A DNA stretch of 22,778 bases from Candidatus Woesearchaeota archaeon. Lineage in GTDB: Archaea; Nanobdellota; Nanobdellia; Woesearchaeales; JAGVYF01. The notes beneath the pieces are model-generated. The model had not been told where the DNA came from. It was given only the letters and a program-made list of their open reading frames with translations, and ran no database searches. A program made the translations under genes and the position numbers. Of the stretch, positions 7,688-15,376 are shown piece by piece (position 1 is the first letter of the stretch; the number at the start of each line of letters is the position of its first letter). Where the stretch lies: NCBI GenBank assembly GCA_023264635.1, contig JAHFLT010000006.1:33730-56507 (forward strand), in the 5' to 3' direction.

Positions 7688-8824
7688 GACATCTTCATAT
7701 ACATCCTTATATAATTTAGTCAGCGCCGGAATCTTTCTCTGCCAGAAGTACTCTTTCACAAACTCTTTTGCATCTTTTCCAATAGATATCAAGCGCTGCT
7801 TATTGCTCAGTAAATGCTCCAGCACGCGTGAAAATTCTTCTGGATTATAAATATCAACTGTAAACTCTTTGTCAACAAGCTCGCTGAATGATGGATTGTG
7901 TTTTGAGACAAGAGCAGCAGTTCCCAATGCCTGTGCTTCAAGAACAGCATAACCAAACTCATCATAAAGTGATGGTGCAACTAAGAGGTGACTCCTCGCG
8001 ATGTACGCTAAAGCCTCTTCACGCGGAAGTAAGCCCAGCACGTGTATCTGTAATTGTGAGTATTTCTCGCGCACGTTGGTAAATCTCGGAGGGATCTCTC
8101 CAATAAGCTGTAATGTAAACTGGAGAGAATGGTTTCTGTCATGGACCATAGCAAGAGCATCCAAAAGATAACGCAGTCCTTTCCTTTTGGTGAGGATATG
8201 GTGTCTTCCGACAAAAGTAATGGTCAACGTCTCATTTTTTGTTTCTTTCTTCTTCTCTTTCTGTTCAGGAAGTGTTATGCCTGGTGGAAAATAAATGACA
8301 TTATATCCTTTCTCAGCCAGTGCATTAGTCACATAATGTGTTATGCCAAGAGACAGTTTTACTTTCTGAAGAGCTAGGTGATCCTTTATGCTCATCTCCA
8401 TCTCCCTGATGCATCTGTATGGCAATAACAGGACAGAGGAATACTTTGCAGCAAGCTTGCAGCATTCCCGTGGTCTTTTTGGAAAATCCCAAGCAACACC
8501 GATGATTGGAACAGTAATAGTGTGATATGGCAAGTGATCAGCTGTGTGAAAAATATCCGGATGTATGGAATTGACCAGTGCGCTAAGCCTTGGGCCAAAA
8601 AAGAATGGCTCTATTAAAGAAAATGGCGGGAGTTGCTTCACTCGTCTCAAAAGAGCAAATAGAGTTGATGGAACCTGATGAAATTGGAGCTTGTTCTTCT
8701 CAGCGAGCTCTTTTGCCTCTCCAATGACATGGACATCATGATGTTTGCTCAGCGCTGCAGCAAGTTCTATAATGTATGTCCCAATTCCAGAACCTTCTGT
8801 GTAAGGATAAAGGCAGATTTTCAT
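7664..8824 (-). CDS. Glycosyltransferase, GT-B fold, GT4-like
   Basis: The C-terminal half contains PSLYDEFGYAVLEAQALGTAALVS, which resembles the GT4 EX7E region. The length of 386 aa and overall layout are typical of GT4. It lies directly downstream of aglB on the same strand. Confidence 0.8.
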   Translation of the reverse strand: MKICLYPYTEGSGIGTYIIELAAALSKHHDVHVIGEAKELAEKNKLQFHQVPSTLFALLRRVKQLPPFSLIEPFFFGPRLSALVNSIHPDIFHTADHLPYHTITVPIIGVAWDFPKRPRECCKLAAKYSSVLLLPYRCIREMEMSIKDHLALQKVKLSLGITHYVTNALAEKGYNVIYFPPGITLPEQKEKKKETKNETLTITFVGRHHILTKRKGLRYLLDALAMVHDRNHSLQFTLQLIGEIPPRFTNVREKYSQLQIHVLGLLPREEALAYIARSHLLVAPSLYDEFGYAVLEAQALGTAALVSKHNPSFSELVDKEFTVDIYNPEEFSRVLEHLLSNKQRLISIGKDAKEFVKEYFWQRKIPALTKLYKDVYEDVLFSSLRP

Positions 8825-8876
8825 GTCTTGCTCATATCTTTGCCCATATCCTTTTGTTCATATGTTCCTATTCAGT

Positions 8877-11615
8877 TCATATCCTTGTTGCTGCAGGATT
8901 TTCATGCTCGAAACCTATGTACTGCTTGCGCTTGTTCTCGTCCAGGAAAAAATCTTTTGGATAATTGATTTTCCAGATGCGCATTGGCCCGATGAGACGA
9001 CCATTGTACATTAGAAGAGGCATGTTGTTGCTATCATCATATACTGATTCAAATGAATCTGTAGGAAAATCAGGATTTTTCTTGTCGAAAAGATAGAGGT
9101 TAGTCCATAAAGCATGAATGCCTACTTCCGAAACATAGAGCCCAGCACCAATAGGATTCTGCTGTTTTCCATTAATCGATGGCATAATCCGTAAGCACCC
9201 CTTTAATCCCTGTTGTGGAAACTTGATGTATTGTCCATTAATGTAGATGCATTCCAAAGGAATATCTGTTCTTTGACCATTGCTATTGAAGATAGCTGCT
9301 GCTGGTTGCAGCACTGCTGTCTGTTTCACGGTTGTATTACCTTGCTTAACAGAAACTTCTGCAAATGGAACAAAAAAACCACCAATGCCAGCAGCAGCTT
9401 TTGGATAAAGCTGGCCATTATACATGAAGTCATGATCCAGAGGATACTGTCCCTGATAAAGAAAAATTGTACTGTTTCTCGTTTCACGTGTCTGCTGAGG
9501 ATTTATAGTGAATTCATTAATCCAGCTGTATCTATCATAATTTTCGTCTGAGCCAATGGAAGAAAACGCTGTATATTTTCCGATTTCATCAGAAACCATC
9601 AAGAAATGGGAGGCGTTATGTGCAGCAAGGACATCAAGAGCTTCTGTCTGGTTTGCGGCAGTAAGGACATGTCTTCCCATCTGATAGTTCCAGTAACTAT
9701 GTTCATTCCCGCCATCTGTTACTGTTGCACGTCCACCACCCGTTTGAATCCAATATCCATAATCCCACCAATGTGCGAAAACTGCATCTAGTGGGGTATT
9801 TCTTCGCACCCAGTCCATACCAAACTGCCACTGTTGGTTATATGGGCTTCCGGTATATGATGCCTGGGCTTTTGAGCCTTCATAATATTGGAAGAGCAAT
9901 CCTTTTCCGATACTCCCACCAAGCGACATTGGAGAGAGCACAAGCAATGCCAGTATCACTAACGCAGGGATGCGATAGGTTTGATTATGCAAAGCATAAG
10001 CCAGTTCGAAAAGGCGGGTGGTGAAGTAGCCAAACAAGAGCGTCGTGATTGGAGCAAAGGTAAATAACAGTCTGATAGCTCCACGCGCCCCGATGACCAT
10101 GAAAAAGAACCAGACGAAGATAAGGACATATATTTTATTTATCTGTGCTACTGTTTCGTAAAAAGTGCCTTTATTCTCTTTACTTTGATAGAATAGATAA
10201 AGGTACAGACCAAGAAATCCACCAATAAACATAACAAGTGAGCCCAGATAGAGCCAGACTGATAATGTGTTTGTGCCGTTCAATAGAGATGATTGAGAAT
10301 ATCTGCTGTAGGTGAGACTAAAGATAAATGCAACATAAAACAACACTATTGTTGGTATAGACAGATAATGAGTCTGTAATTTCTTCAGAAGATTAGCGAG
10401 TGGTTTAATGGTCTCGTAAAAGAGAAAGATCGAGGCAAGCAGGAAGAAGATGACATAGTACTTTCCCATCTGGCCATACCAGTCAACAAGATACGGCTGA
10501 TGTTGCTCTGCTACTGTCAGTTGCCACCTGTCTTTCCCCCAAGGAGAAATTAAGTCAGTGTATAATTTTCCTGCTTTATTTGAGAGGAAGAATGGCCCGT
10601 GAACAACAGAAATGACAATGAATCCCAAAATAACAATGCAGAGGATAGAAGTGATCCCGCTTGGCATATTTTTTCTCAGCAAATCTGCCTGCCCAAAGAG
10701 GTTTTTTTCAAAGAGGAAATAATAAACTGTCGCCATGCCAAAAGCTGCTGAGGCAAGTTCAGTTGTTGTTGAACCAATAAGCTGGCTGATGTCAAACAAA
10801 CCCAGATAGTCTAATCCGCTTGCGAATGTCACAAACCAGGCAGTGTATGCATAGTATTCATTTTCATGGAAAACGTTAAGAAATATCTGTATAATCGTTG
10901 TTCCGCCAAGGATAAGGTAAAGGAAGTTACCTCCACCGGGCCATACTATAACCATGAGAATAGTGGATAAGCCAGTCAGGAAGCCAACAAAAAGACCGCT
11001 CCATTTCTTTTCTTGCTTCAATGCAATGATGTAAAGATACAGCGAAAGTGTCAGCATAAGCATGCCAACAGCATCGTGATCAGCTACCCCCGTCATTGTC
11101 CTAAAAAGATAGGCAGGGTGATAGCCAAGCGCTGCTGTTGCAAGAAGTGCTGCAGGCGCACTAAAAACTGTTTTCACCAGCAGGAAAAAAACGAAGAGCG
11201 TTATGCCCAAAACAATAGAGGGATAAATGACATAAATATAATCATAGGTTACTGTACTGTTAAAAAAGTGGATGAACTTATACAGATAAGCAAGGAAATA
11301 GGGAAAGCCAACTAAAGGATGAAGAAGCGGTTCCCAATATTCACCTACAGGAACAAATCTCATTGGGTCAAATGTAGGATGAGTGCCATGCTCCAGTATG
11401 TACTCACCATAACGATACCATAAAAATGCATCTAAATCAGCTGCTATGTATTTTCCCGTTGTAGCATCCTTAAGGGAGCCAAGATTGGCAAAGCGGAAAG
11501 ACAATGAAGTGTAGATAATGAACGCCAACAAGAGCCATATAATCAGTCTCTTATGGTCTTTCAAAAACTGTACAAGCTGCTGCCTTCTTTCGTCTTCATT
11601 CATTTTTATCCTCAT
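8877..11615 (-). CDS. aglB: Archaeal oligosaccharyltransferase AglB (STT3 family)
   Basis: The WWDYG catalytic motif (VFAHWWDYGYWIQ) is encoded at 9756-9770 on the minus strand. The N-terminal half is multi-TM and the C-terminal half looks soluble. The length is 912 aa. An alternative start is ATG 11603. Confidence 0.93.
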   Translation of the reverse strand: MRIKMNEDERRQQLVQFLKDHKRLIIWLLLAFIIYTSLSFRFANLGSLKDATTGKYIAADLDAFLWYRYGEYILEHGTHPTFDPMRFVPVGEYWEPLLHPLVGFPYFLAYLYKFIHFFNSTVTYDYIYVIYPSIVLGITLFVFFLLVKTVFSAPAALLATAALGYHPAYLFRTMTGVADHDAVGMLMLTLSLYLYIIALKQEKKWSGLFVGFLTGLSTILMVIVWPGGGNFLYLILGGTTIIQIFLNVFHENEYYAYTAWFVTFASGLDYLGLFDISQLIGSTTTELASAAFGMATVYYFLFEKNLFGQADLLRKNMPSGITSILCIVILGFIVISVVHGPFFLSNKAGKLYTDLISPWGKDRWQLTVAEQHQPYLVDWYGQMGKYYVIFFLLASIFLFYETIKPLANLLKKLQTHYLSIPTIVLFYVAFIFSLTYSRYSQSSLLNGTNTLSVWLYLGSLVMFIGGFLGLYLYLFYQSKENKGTFYETVAQINKIYVLIFVWFFFMVIGARGAIRLLFTFAPITTLLFGYFTTRLFELAYALHNQTYRIPALVILALLVLSPMSLGGSIGKGLLFQYYEGSKAQASYTGSPYNQQWQFGMDWVRRNTPLDAVFAHWWDYGYWIQTGGGRATVTDGGNEHSYWNYQMGRHVLTAANQTEALDVLAAHNASHFLMVSDEIGKYTAFSSIGSDENYDRYSWINEFTINPQQTRETRNSTIFLYQGQYPLDHDFMYNGQLYPKAAAGIGGFFVPFAEVSVKQGNTTVKQTAVLQPAAAIFNSNGQRTDIPLECIYINGQYIKFPQQGLKGCLRIMPSINGKQQNPIGAGLYVSEVGIHALWTNLYLFDKKNPDFPTDSFESVYDDSNNMPLLMYNGRLIGPMRIWKINYPKDFFLDENKRKQYIGFEHENPAATRI

Positions 11616-12159
11616 TAATTTTATCCCTGCTCATTATCCCCACCAATTGGTATGCCATCTTTTCTACTGCCTTCTCAAAGTCCAGACTAGTTGGAGCTTG
11701 TATGATTGTACACTGGTCTTGATGCAAAACCTGTTTTTCCTCAGCGCTCCTGAAATAAAGCACTAGCGCATTTGCCGTGTCACAGCTTATGACAGGCAGG
11801 TCAGGTGGGCATCCATTCTCTTGTATGCATGCCGGAATCGCCCGCATCCCGAACTGCAGCAGCAGACCGCTTACCTGACCAAGTGGAACTGTTATATTTT
11901 TTGCAGATGGATCGTAAGCAACATAGACTTTCTCTGCTTGGGGAAGGGTTATTTGTGGAAAATCTAATTCAGTGGGTAGATGAAGGAACTGATATTGTTG
12001 ATTATTCACCCGTACCTGCCATCCTGTCCCGATGGGATTAAAAGTGAATCCATTGTATTTGACTGAATTATCAGGCTGGCTGTTGTAAACGCCCAACGCG
12101 CTCAGCACCATAACTACCAGTAGGAAGAATGAAGCTGCTTTCCTGCTCACTAACGCCAT
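11596..12159 (-). CDS. N-terminally membrane-anchored extracytoplasmic hypothetical protein (187 aa), overlapping the aglB start
   Basis: MALVSRKAASFFLLVVMVLSALGVY looks like a signal anchor. The protein has four Cys in its predicted external part and no recognisable domain. Its stop at 11596-11598 overlaps the aglB start by 8 or 20 nt, depending on which aglB start is used. Confidence 0.65.
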   Translation of the reverse strand: MALVSRKAASFFLLVVMVLSALGVYNSQPDNSVKYNGFTFNPIGTGWQVRVNNQQYQFLHLPTELDFPQITLPQAEKVYVAYDPSAKNITVPLGQVSGLLLQFGMRAIPACIQENGCPPDLPVISCDTANALVLYFRSAEEKQVLHQDQCTIIQAPTSLDFEKAVEKMAYQLVGIMSRDKINEDKNE

Positions 12160-12180
12160 GCTGTGGCTCTGGATTAATGG

Positions 12181-12191
12181 TTTTATATAAA
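12181..12191. promoter_or_regulatory. TATA box for the hyp-aglB-GT4 operon (leaderless geometry)
   Basis: ttttatataaa is centred 27 nt upstream of ATG 12159 (minus strand). The element is nearly palindromic. Confidence 0.55.
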
Positions 12192-12235
12192 CCTTCCGAG
12201 CAGCTGTGCCTCATTTTTGAGCATTCTCATTGTTT

Positions 12236-12513
12236 GGCGCCATTGAAAAGTCCCTCAGCTAACGCTTCGGTGCAAAGAAATCTCTTTGGAGATTTCTTGC
12301 ACAAGAACCAAAAAAATACTCTTGCATTTTTTGGCCCAAGAAATTCTTCACGAATTTCTTTGGAATGCTGTGGCATTTCTTTGTGGTCATCGGGCTCGCA
12401 TCCTACAGTACTCCCAAAGGCAAAAATTCCCCCCCGGAATCTCCTTTTTGCTCACTTTGGACAAAACAAATGCTCGCATGAATGATGACCACTTCGACCT
12501 TTTCAATGGCGCC
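12236..12513. mobile_element. MITE-like non-autonomous element (278 bp) with 15-bp perfect terminal inverted repeats and an 8-bp target-site duplication
   Basis: The left TIR is ggcgccattgaaaag (12236-12250). The right TIR is cttttcaatggcgcc (12499-12513), its exact reverse complement. Both are flanked by the direct repeat cattgttt (12228-12235 and 12514-12521). The interior has no credible ORF and is rich in hairpins, for example aagaaatctc/gagatttctt near 12274-12297, aagaaattc/gaatttctt near 12333-12355, and gtggtcatc (~12384) with gatgaccac (~12484). Confidence 0.8.
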
Positions 12514-12530
12514 CATTGTTTTGAGCGTTC

Positions 12531-13205
12531 TCACTGTAATACTGTCCCAATGAATTTTTTGCCTTCCACAATCTGACGCAGGTTGACAAAATTCTGGCCA
12601 TTTGCCAAGATAACTTTCAATCCCGCCTTCTTTGCTTCTTGTGCAGCAATGGAGTCAAAAGGTATGTGCAAACCAGGAATCCATTCCTTGCCAACCATCG
12701 CAAGATAATCTGACCACTTAAGTATGGGGAGTGGCGTGGCATCACTATGCTCCTGGGGGTCTTTGTCATACACGTAATCTTGGTTAAACAGATTGATGAG
12801 CAGCGATGCTTTGTACGTCTTGGCAAGGACAACCGCATCATAATCAGTGCTGCATCCGGGAAGGTGCCCAGCGGCTATAATGAGGTTCCCTTTCACTTTT
12901 TTGTGGGGATTATATAATACAGTATCATTGGCATTGCTGCCAAAAGCAATTCTCAGTAATTCAGCATTCAGGCGCGTCACCATGATACCAACCCAATCAA
13001 GGCTTTCTTTATCTTTTACTCCAAGTTGTTTCGCTGCTTGCTGATACGTACGGCAGATAGAGCCACCACCACAGACAAGAACAAATCTCGTTCCCGCTGT
13101 AAGGCCCGAGAGCACGAATTTTCGTACGTCTGCAATAAATTGTGTACTTATCTCTTTAGGAATAAGCAATGAGCCCCCAACAGATATTACTATTGTCTGC
13201 TCCAT
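12531..13205 (-). CDS. pyrH: Uridylate (UMP) kinase, archaeal type
   Basis: The protein is 224 aa. It shows ISVGGSLL, VLVCGGGSICRTY, AAGHLPGCSTDYDAVVLA, DYVYDKDP and a C-terminal GTVL, which line up with archaeal PyrH as I recall it from Pyrococcus. A TATA-like gtttttaaat (13229-13238) is centred 28 nt upstream of the start. Confidence 0.88.
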   Translation of the reverse strand: MEQTIVISVGGSLLIPKEISTQFIADVRKFVLSGLTAGTRFVLVCGGGSICRTYQQAAKQLGVKDKESLDWVGIMVTRLNAELLRIAFGSNANDTVLYNPHKKVKGNLIIAAGHLPGCSTDYDAVVLAKTYKASLLINLFNQDYVYDKDPQEHSDATPLPILKWSDYLAMVGKEWIPGLHIPFDSIAAQEAKKAGLKVILANGQNFVNLRQIVEGKKFIGTVLQ

Positions 13206-13238
13206 CGATGCATATTAAAGAAGATTTTGTTTTTAAAT

Positions 13239-13580
13239 CTACCGACTGAAACCAATTACTGAGACACCAAGAATGATGAGTGCTATCCCCGCTATCTTGA
13301 ATTTGTTGATGTCTTCTTTCAATCTATATTTCGAAAGCAAAGTTACCCATATGTATGTCAGTGAGTTTAATGGATAGAGTACAGATAGGTCACCAAAACG
13401 CAGGGCAGCTATATTGATAAACATGCCCGTACCATAACATAAGATCCCAAAAATAAGTTTCTTGTTTAAGAGATGCTGCAGAGAAATCTTAGCAGATGCT
13501 TCCTTCAAGAACAGCGCGCCAAATGCACCAATAATTGTGCATAGAAAAACTGCAGCTACTGCAATAGATGAAGTTGCCAT
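13239..13580 (-). CDS. Small 4-TM DMT/EamA-type membrane protein (113 aa), ArnE/ArnF-like, second subunit of a pair
   Basis: The likely start is ATG 13580-13578 (MATSSIAVAAVF...), which shares one base with the upstream stop (TAATG). It contains LRFGDLSVLYPLNSLTYIWVTLLS...IAGIALIILGV, typical of half-size EamA proteins. I treat the N-terminal extension in the track (to 13670) as spurious. Confidence 0.75.
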   Translation of the reverse strand: MATSSIAVAAVFLCTIIGAFGALFLKEASAKISLQHLLNKKLIFGILCYGTGMFINIAALRFGDLSVLYPLNSLTYIWVTLLSKYRLKEDINKFKIAGIALIILGVSVIGFSR

Positions 13581-13948
13581 TATAAATACCTCTCTTGCAT
13601 TTGTAAAACGGTTTTTGAGCCCAAACCGATAAATGAGACACCAATAACAATAAGTCCAGCTCCAATCCAACGAAGCAATGTGATTTTCTCCTCAAGAAAA
13701 ATGAAGGAAAGCACATTAACCCAGATGAAACTGGTGGCGATTGCAGGATAAAGTACAGACAGTTCCCCGAATTTCAGGGCGGTTATCAGAAGAACGGCAG
13801 CAACTACATAAAGGGCCAGTCCGCTAAGTAAGATGACATTAAAAACGGTATTTTTCATCACCCCTGCTTTCAGCAGAAGCGCTGCAGTGGAAGTGAAAAA
13901 CGTACAGAAAATAACCAGTGCCAGTGCCCACCACTTCGTTTTTTGCAT
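13580..13948 (-). CDS. Small 4-TM DMT/EamA-type membrane protein (122 aa), ArnE/ArnF-like, first subunit of a pair
   Basis: It contains LKFGELSVLYPAIATSFIWVNVLSFIFLEEKITLLRWIGAGLIVIGV, and four hydrophobic segments are visible. It is paralogous to the downstream gene. Confidence 0.75.
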   Translation of the reverse strand: MQKTKWWALALVIFCTFFTSTAALLLKAGVMKNTVFNVILLSGLALYVVAAVLLITALKFGELSVLYPAIATSFIWVNVLSFIFLEEKITLLRWIGAGLIVIGVSFIGLGSKTVLQMQERYL

Positions 13949-13968
13949 GGAGTCGGGAGAGATATTCT

Positions 13969-13979
13969 CTTTATATATC
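13969..13979 (-). promoter_or_regulatory. TATA box for the 4-TM pair (leaderless geometry)
   Basis: ctttatatatc on the plus strand is centred 26 nt upstream of ATG 13948 (minus strand). Confidence 0.5.
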
Positions 13980-14031
13980 TTTATCAGGATCAGTCAGGAT
14001 CAGGAGTGGCAATGGAATTTTTGAACGTTGC

Positions 14032-15252
14032 TTACCCGATACTTACCAATTCCAATTCTTTAATGGCATCTCCATTGTTGTCGATAGTCATTTTACCACC
14101 AGCACCAAGCCATCCGTTTATTGAATACAAATAGTTTTTTATCTCATTACTTGCAGCGCTTTTTTCCAGCGCTTTTACCATGAGTATCGTTGCATCATAT
14201 GCATTGGCGGCAAGCAAAGGATCTGCTGGAGCACCATATCTCTTGGTATACGTATCTACGAATTTCTTAGTAACATCATTTTTCTGAGGTAAGTGATAGA
14301 CAGCATAGATAACGGTTGTGTTTATTGTTATATTTATTGTTGTGTTTGTCTTTTGGCTTATTATATCCGTTGCACTCCCTGTTCCACCTGTTTCAATATT
14401 CGTTGAAAAAACCTGACCAGCTACATAGTACGTAAGAATATCACGAAGCTGCTCACTTTCTGCTGCTATAAAGACTGCCTGTGATTGTAGCTGTGACAAA
14501 TCCACTGGCCCGTACTGAAGTGGTTCATACAGAATCTCATCCACTATTTTGCCGCCTAATGTTTCATATCTTTTCTTAAACGCATCCTTCACATTCAATG
14601 CAAAATCCGTATTGGCAAAGACAAGGGACGTTGTGGCCAATCCTTTTCCATAGACATGTTCTGCCAAAACAATACCCTGAAGATTGTCAGATGGCCATAC
14701 ACGAAATACATAATCTCCGGCAATTGTTACATCGGGAGAGGATGCTCCTATGCTGAGCAGCACAACTTTATGGCGCTCGGCTAGTAGAGCTGCTGCAAGG
14801 GATTCTTCATTACACAGCCCCCCTATAACTGCAGATACATTGTTATCAAGCAGCTTTTTGAATGCATTTGTGCCGCCTTGCACAGTGCATGCACTATCTT
14901 CGTAAACAACGTGTATTTTCTGCCCATTAATTTTTTGCGTATTGACATTGTTGACATTGTTCTGCTTAGGATCATTGATCTCATCAATGGCAAGAGAAAT
15001 GGCACGTTTTGCTTCTTCTCCTTTTGGAGCATATTCTCCGGATAACGGAAGAAATACACCTATGGTTAAGGAGAAATTATCGGGAGTGTGTGGTAGCTGA
15101 TGAGTAGTAGATTGGTTTTCAGTGGTCTGTTGCGGGTTTATTGTTAAAGGAATATTGTTAGGCGAAAAAGCACTGCACCAGAAAAGTGTAATAAAGAGAA
15201 GAGTAACTACCAGAAAAAAAACAAATGCTCTTCCGAAGCGCAGTTTTCTCAT
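14032..15252 (-). CDS. Type-1 periplasmic-binding-fold solute-binding protein (Leu/Ile/Val-binding / ANF-receptor family), membrane-anchored
   Basis: IGVFLPLSGEYAPKGEEAKRAISLAIDEIN is the classic LivK-like N-terminal signature. The signal anchor is FVFFLVVTLLFITLFWC. The likely start is ATG 15252 (MRKLRFGRAF...), with a TATA-like ctatatatt (15275-15283) centred 27 nt upstream. The track extension to 15330 is unlikely. Confidence 0.75.
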   Translation of the reverse strand: MRKLRFGRAFVFFLVVTLLFITLFWCSAFSPNNIPLTINPQQTTENQSTTHQLPHTPDNFSLTIGVFLPLSGEYAPKGEEAKRAISLAIDEINDPKQNNVNNVNTQKINGQKIHVVYEDSACTVQGGTNAFKKLLDNNVSAVIGGLCNEESLAAALLAERHKVVLLSIGASSPDVTIAGDYVFRVWPSDNLQGIVLAEHVYGKGLATTSLVFANTDFALNVKDAFKKRYETLGGKIVDEILYEPLQYGPVDLSQLQSQAVFIAAESEQLRDILTYYVAGQVFSTNIETGGTGSATDIISQKTNTTINITINTTVIYAVYHLPQKNDVTKKFVDTYTKRYGAPADPLLAANAYDATILMVKALEKSAASNEIKNYLYSINGWLGAGGKMTIDNNGDAIKELELVSIG

Positions 15253-15334
15253 GCATGCGCGAAATAAGGATGTGCTATATATTGTTTTTGTCTTTAGAAT
15301 GAAAAGAATTATGTAAATAATACGTCTCAATCAC

Positions 15335-15376
15335 GGTCTATATCATCACAGTCTATATCCATCGGTCTATATCCAT
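15335..15376. repeat. Three direct copies of gtctatatc(c)at spaced 14-15 nt apart
   Basis: The copies are ggtctatatcat (15335-15346), gtctatatccat (15351-15362) and ggtctatatccat (15364-15376). They lie 60-100 nt upstream of the solute-binding-protein TATA box. The third copy contains the stop codon of the upstream glycosidase-like gene (15367-15369). Confidence 0.7.

Noticed and set aside
12243-12253. The sequence ugaaaaguccc resembles the RNase P RNA CR-I motif (GGAAAGUCC). The ~300-nt structured intergenic region is about the size of an archaeal RNase P or SRP RNA.
   Set aside because: The motif lies inside the MITE terminal inverted repeat. I found no complementary P4 3' strand (GGACUU-type) and no CR-IV/CR-V-like sequence in the right place. 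I found no SRP helix-8 motifs either. The TIR-plus-TSD signature explains the region better.
12129-12576. Plus-strand ORFs 12129-12485 (118 aa) and 12286-12576 (96 aa)
   Set aside because: They run across the MITE, its hairpins and the pyrH 3' end. They have no ribosome-binding site or promoter geometry, and their products are low-complexity.
13581-13670. N-terminal extension of the second 4-TM gene in the ORF track (MDWSWTYCYWCLIYRF...)
   Set aside because: It overlaps the upstream paralogue by 91 nt. ATG 13580 gives a TAATG junction and a protein that aligns with its partner from the first TM onward.
15253-15330. N-terminal extension of the solute-binding-protein ORF (MRRIIYIILFILKTKTIY...)
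   Set aside because: The extension includes the predicted TATA box. ATG 15252 gives a standard signal anchor and the 27-nt TATA-to-ATG spacing seen for other genes.
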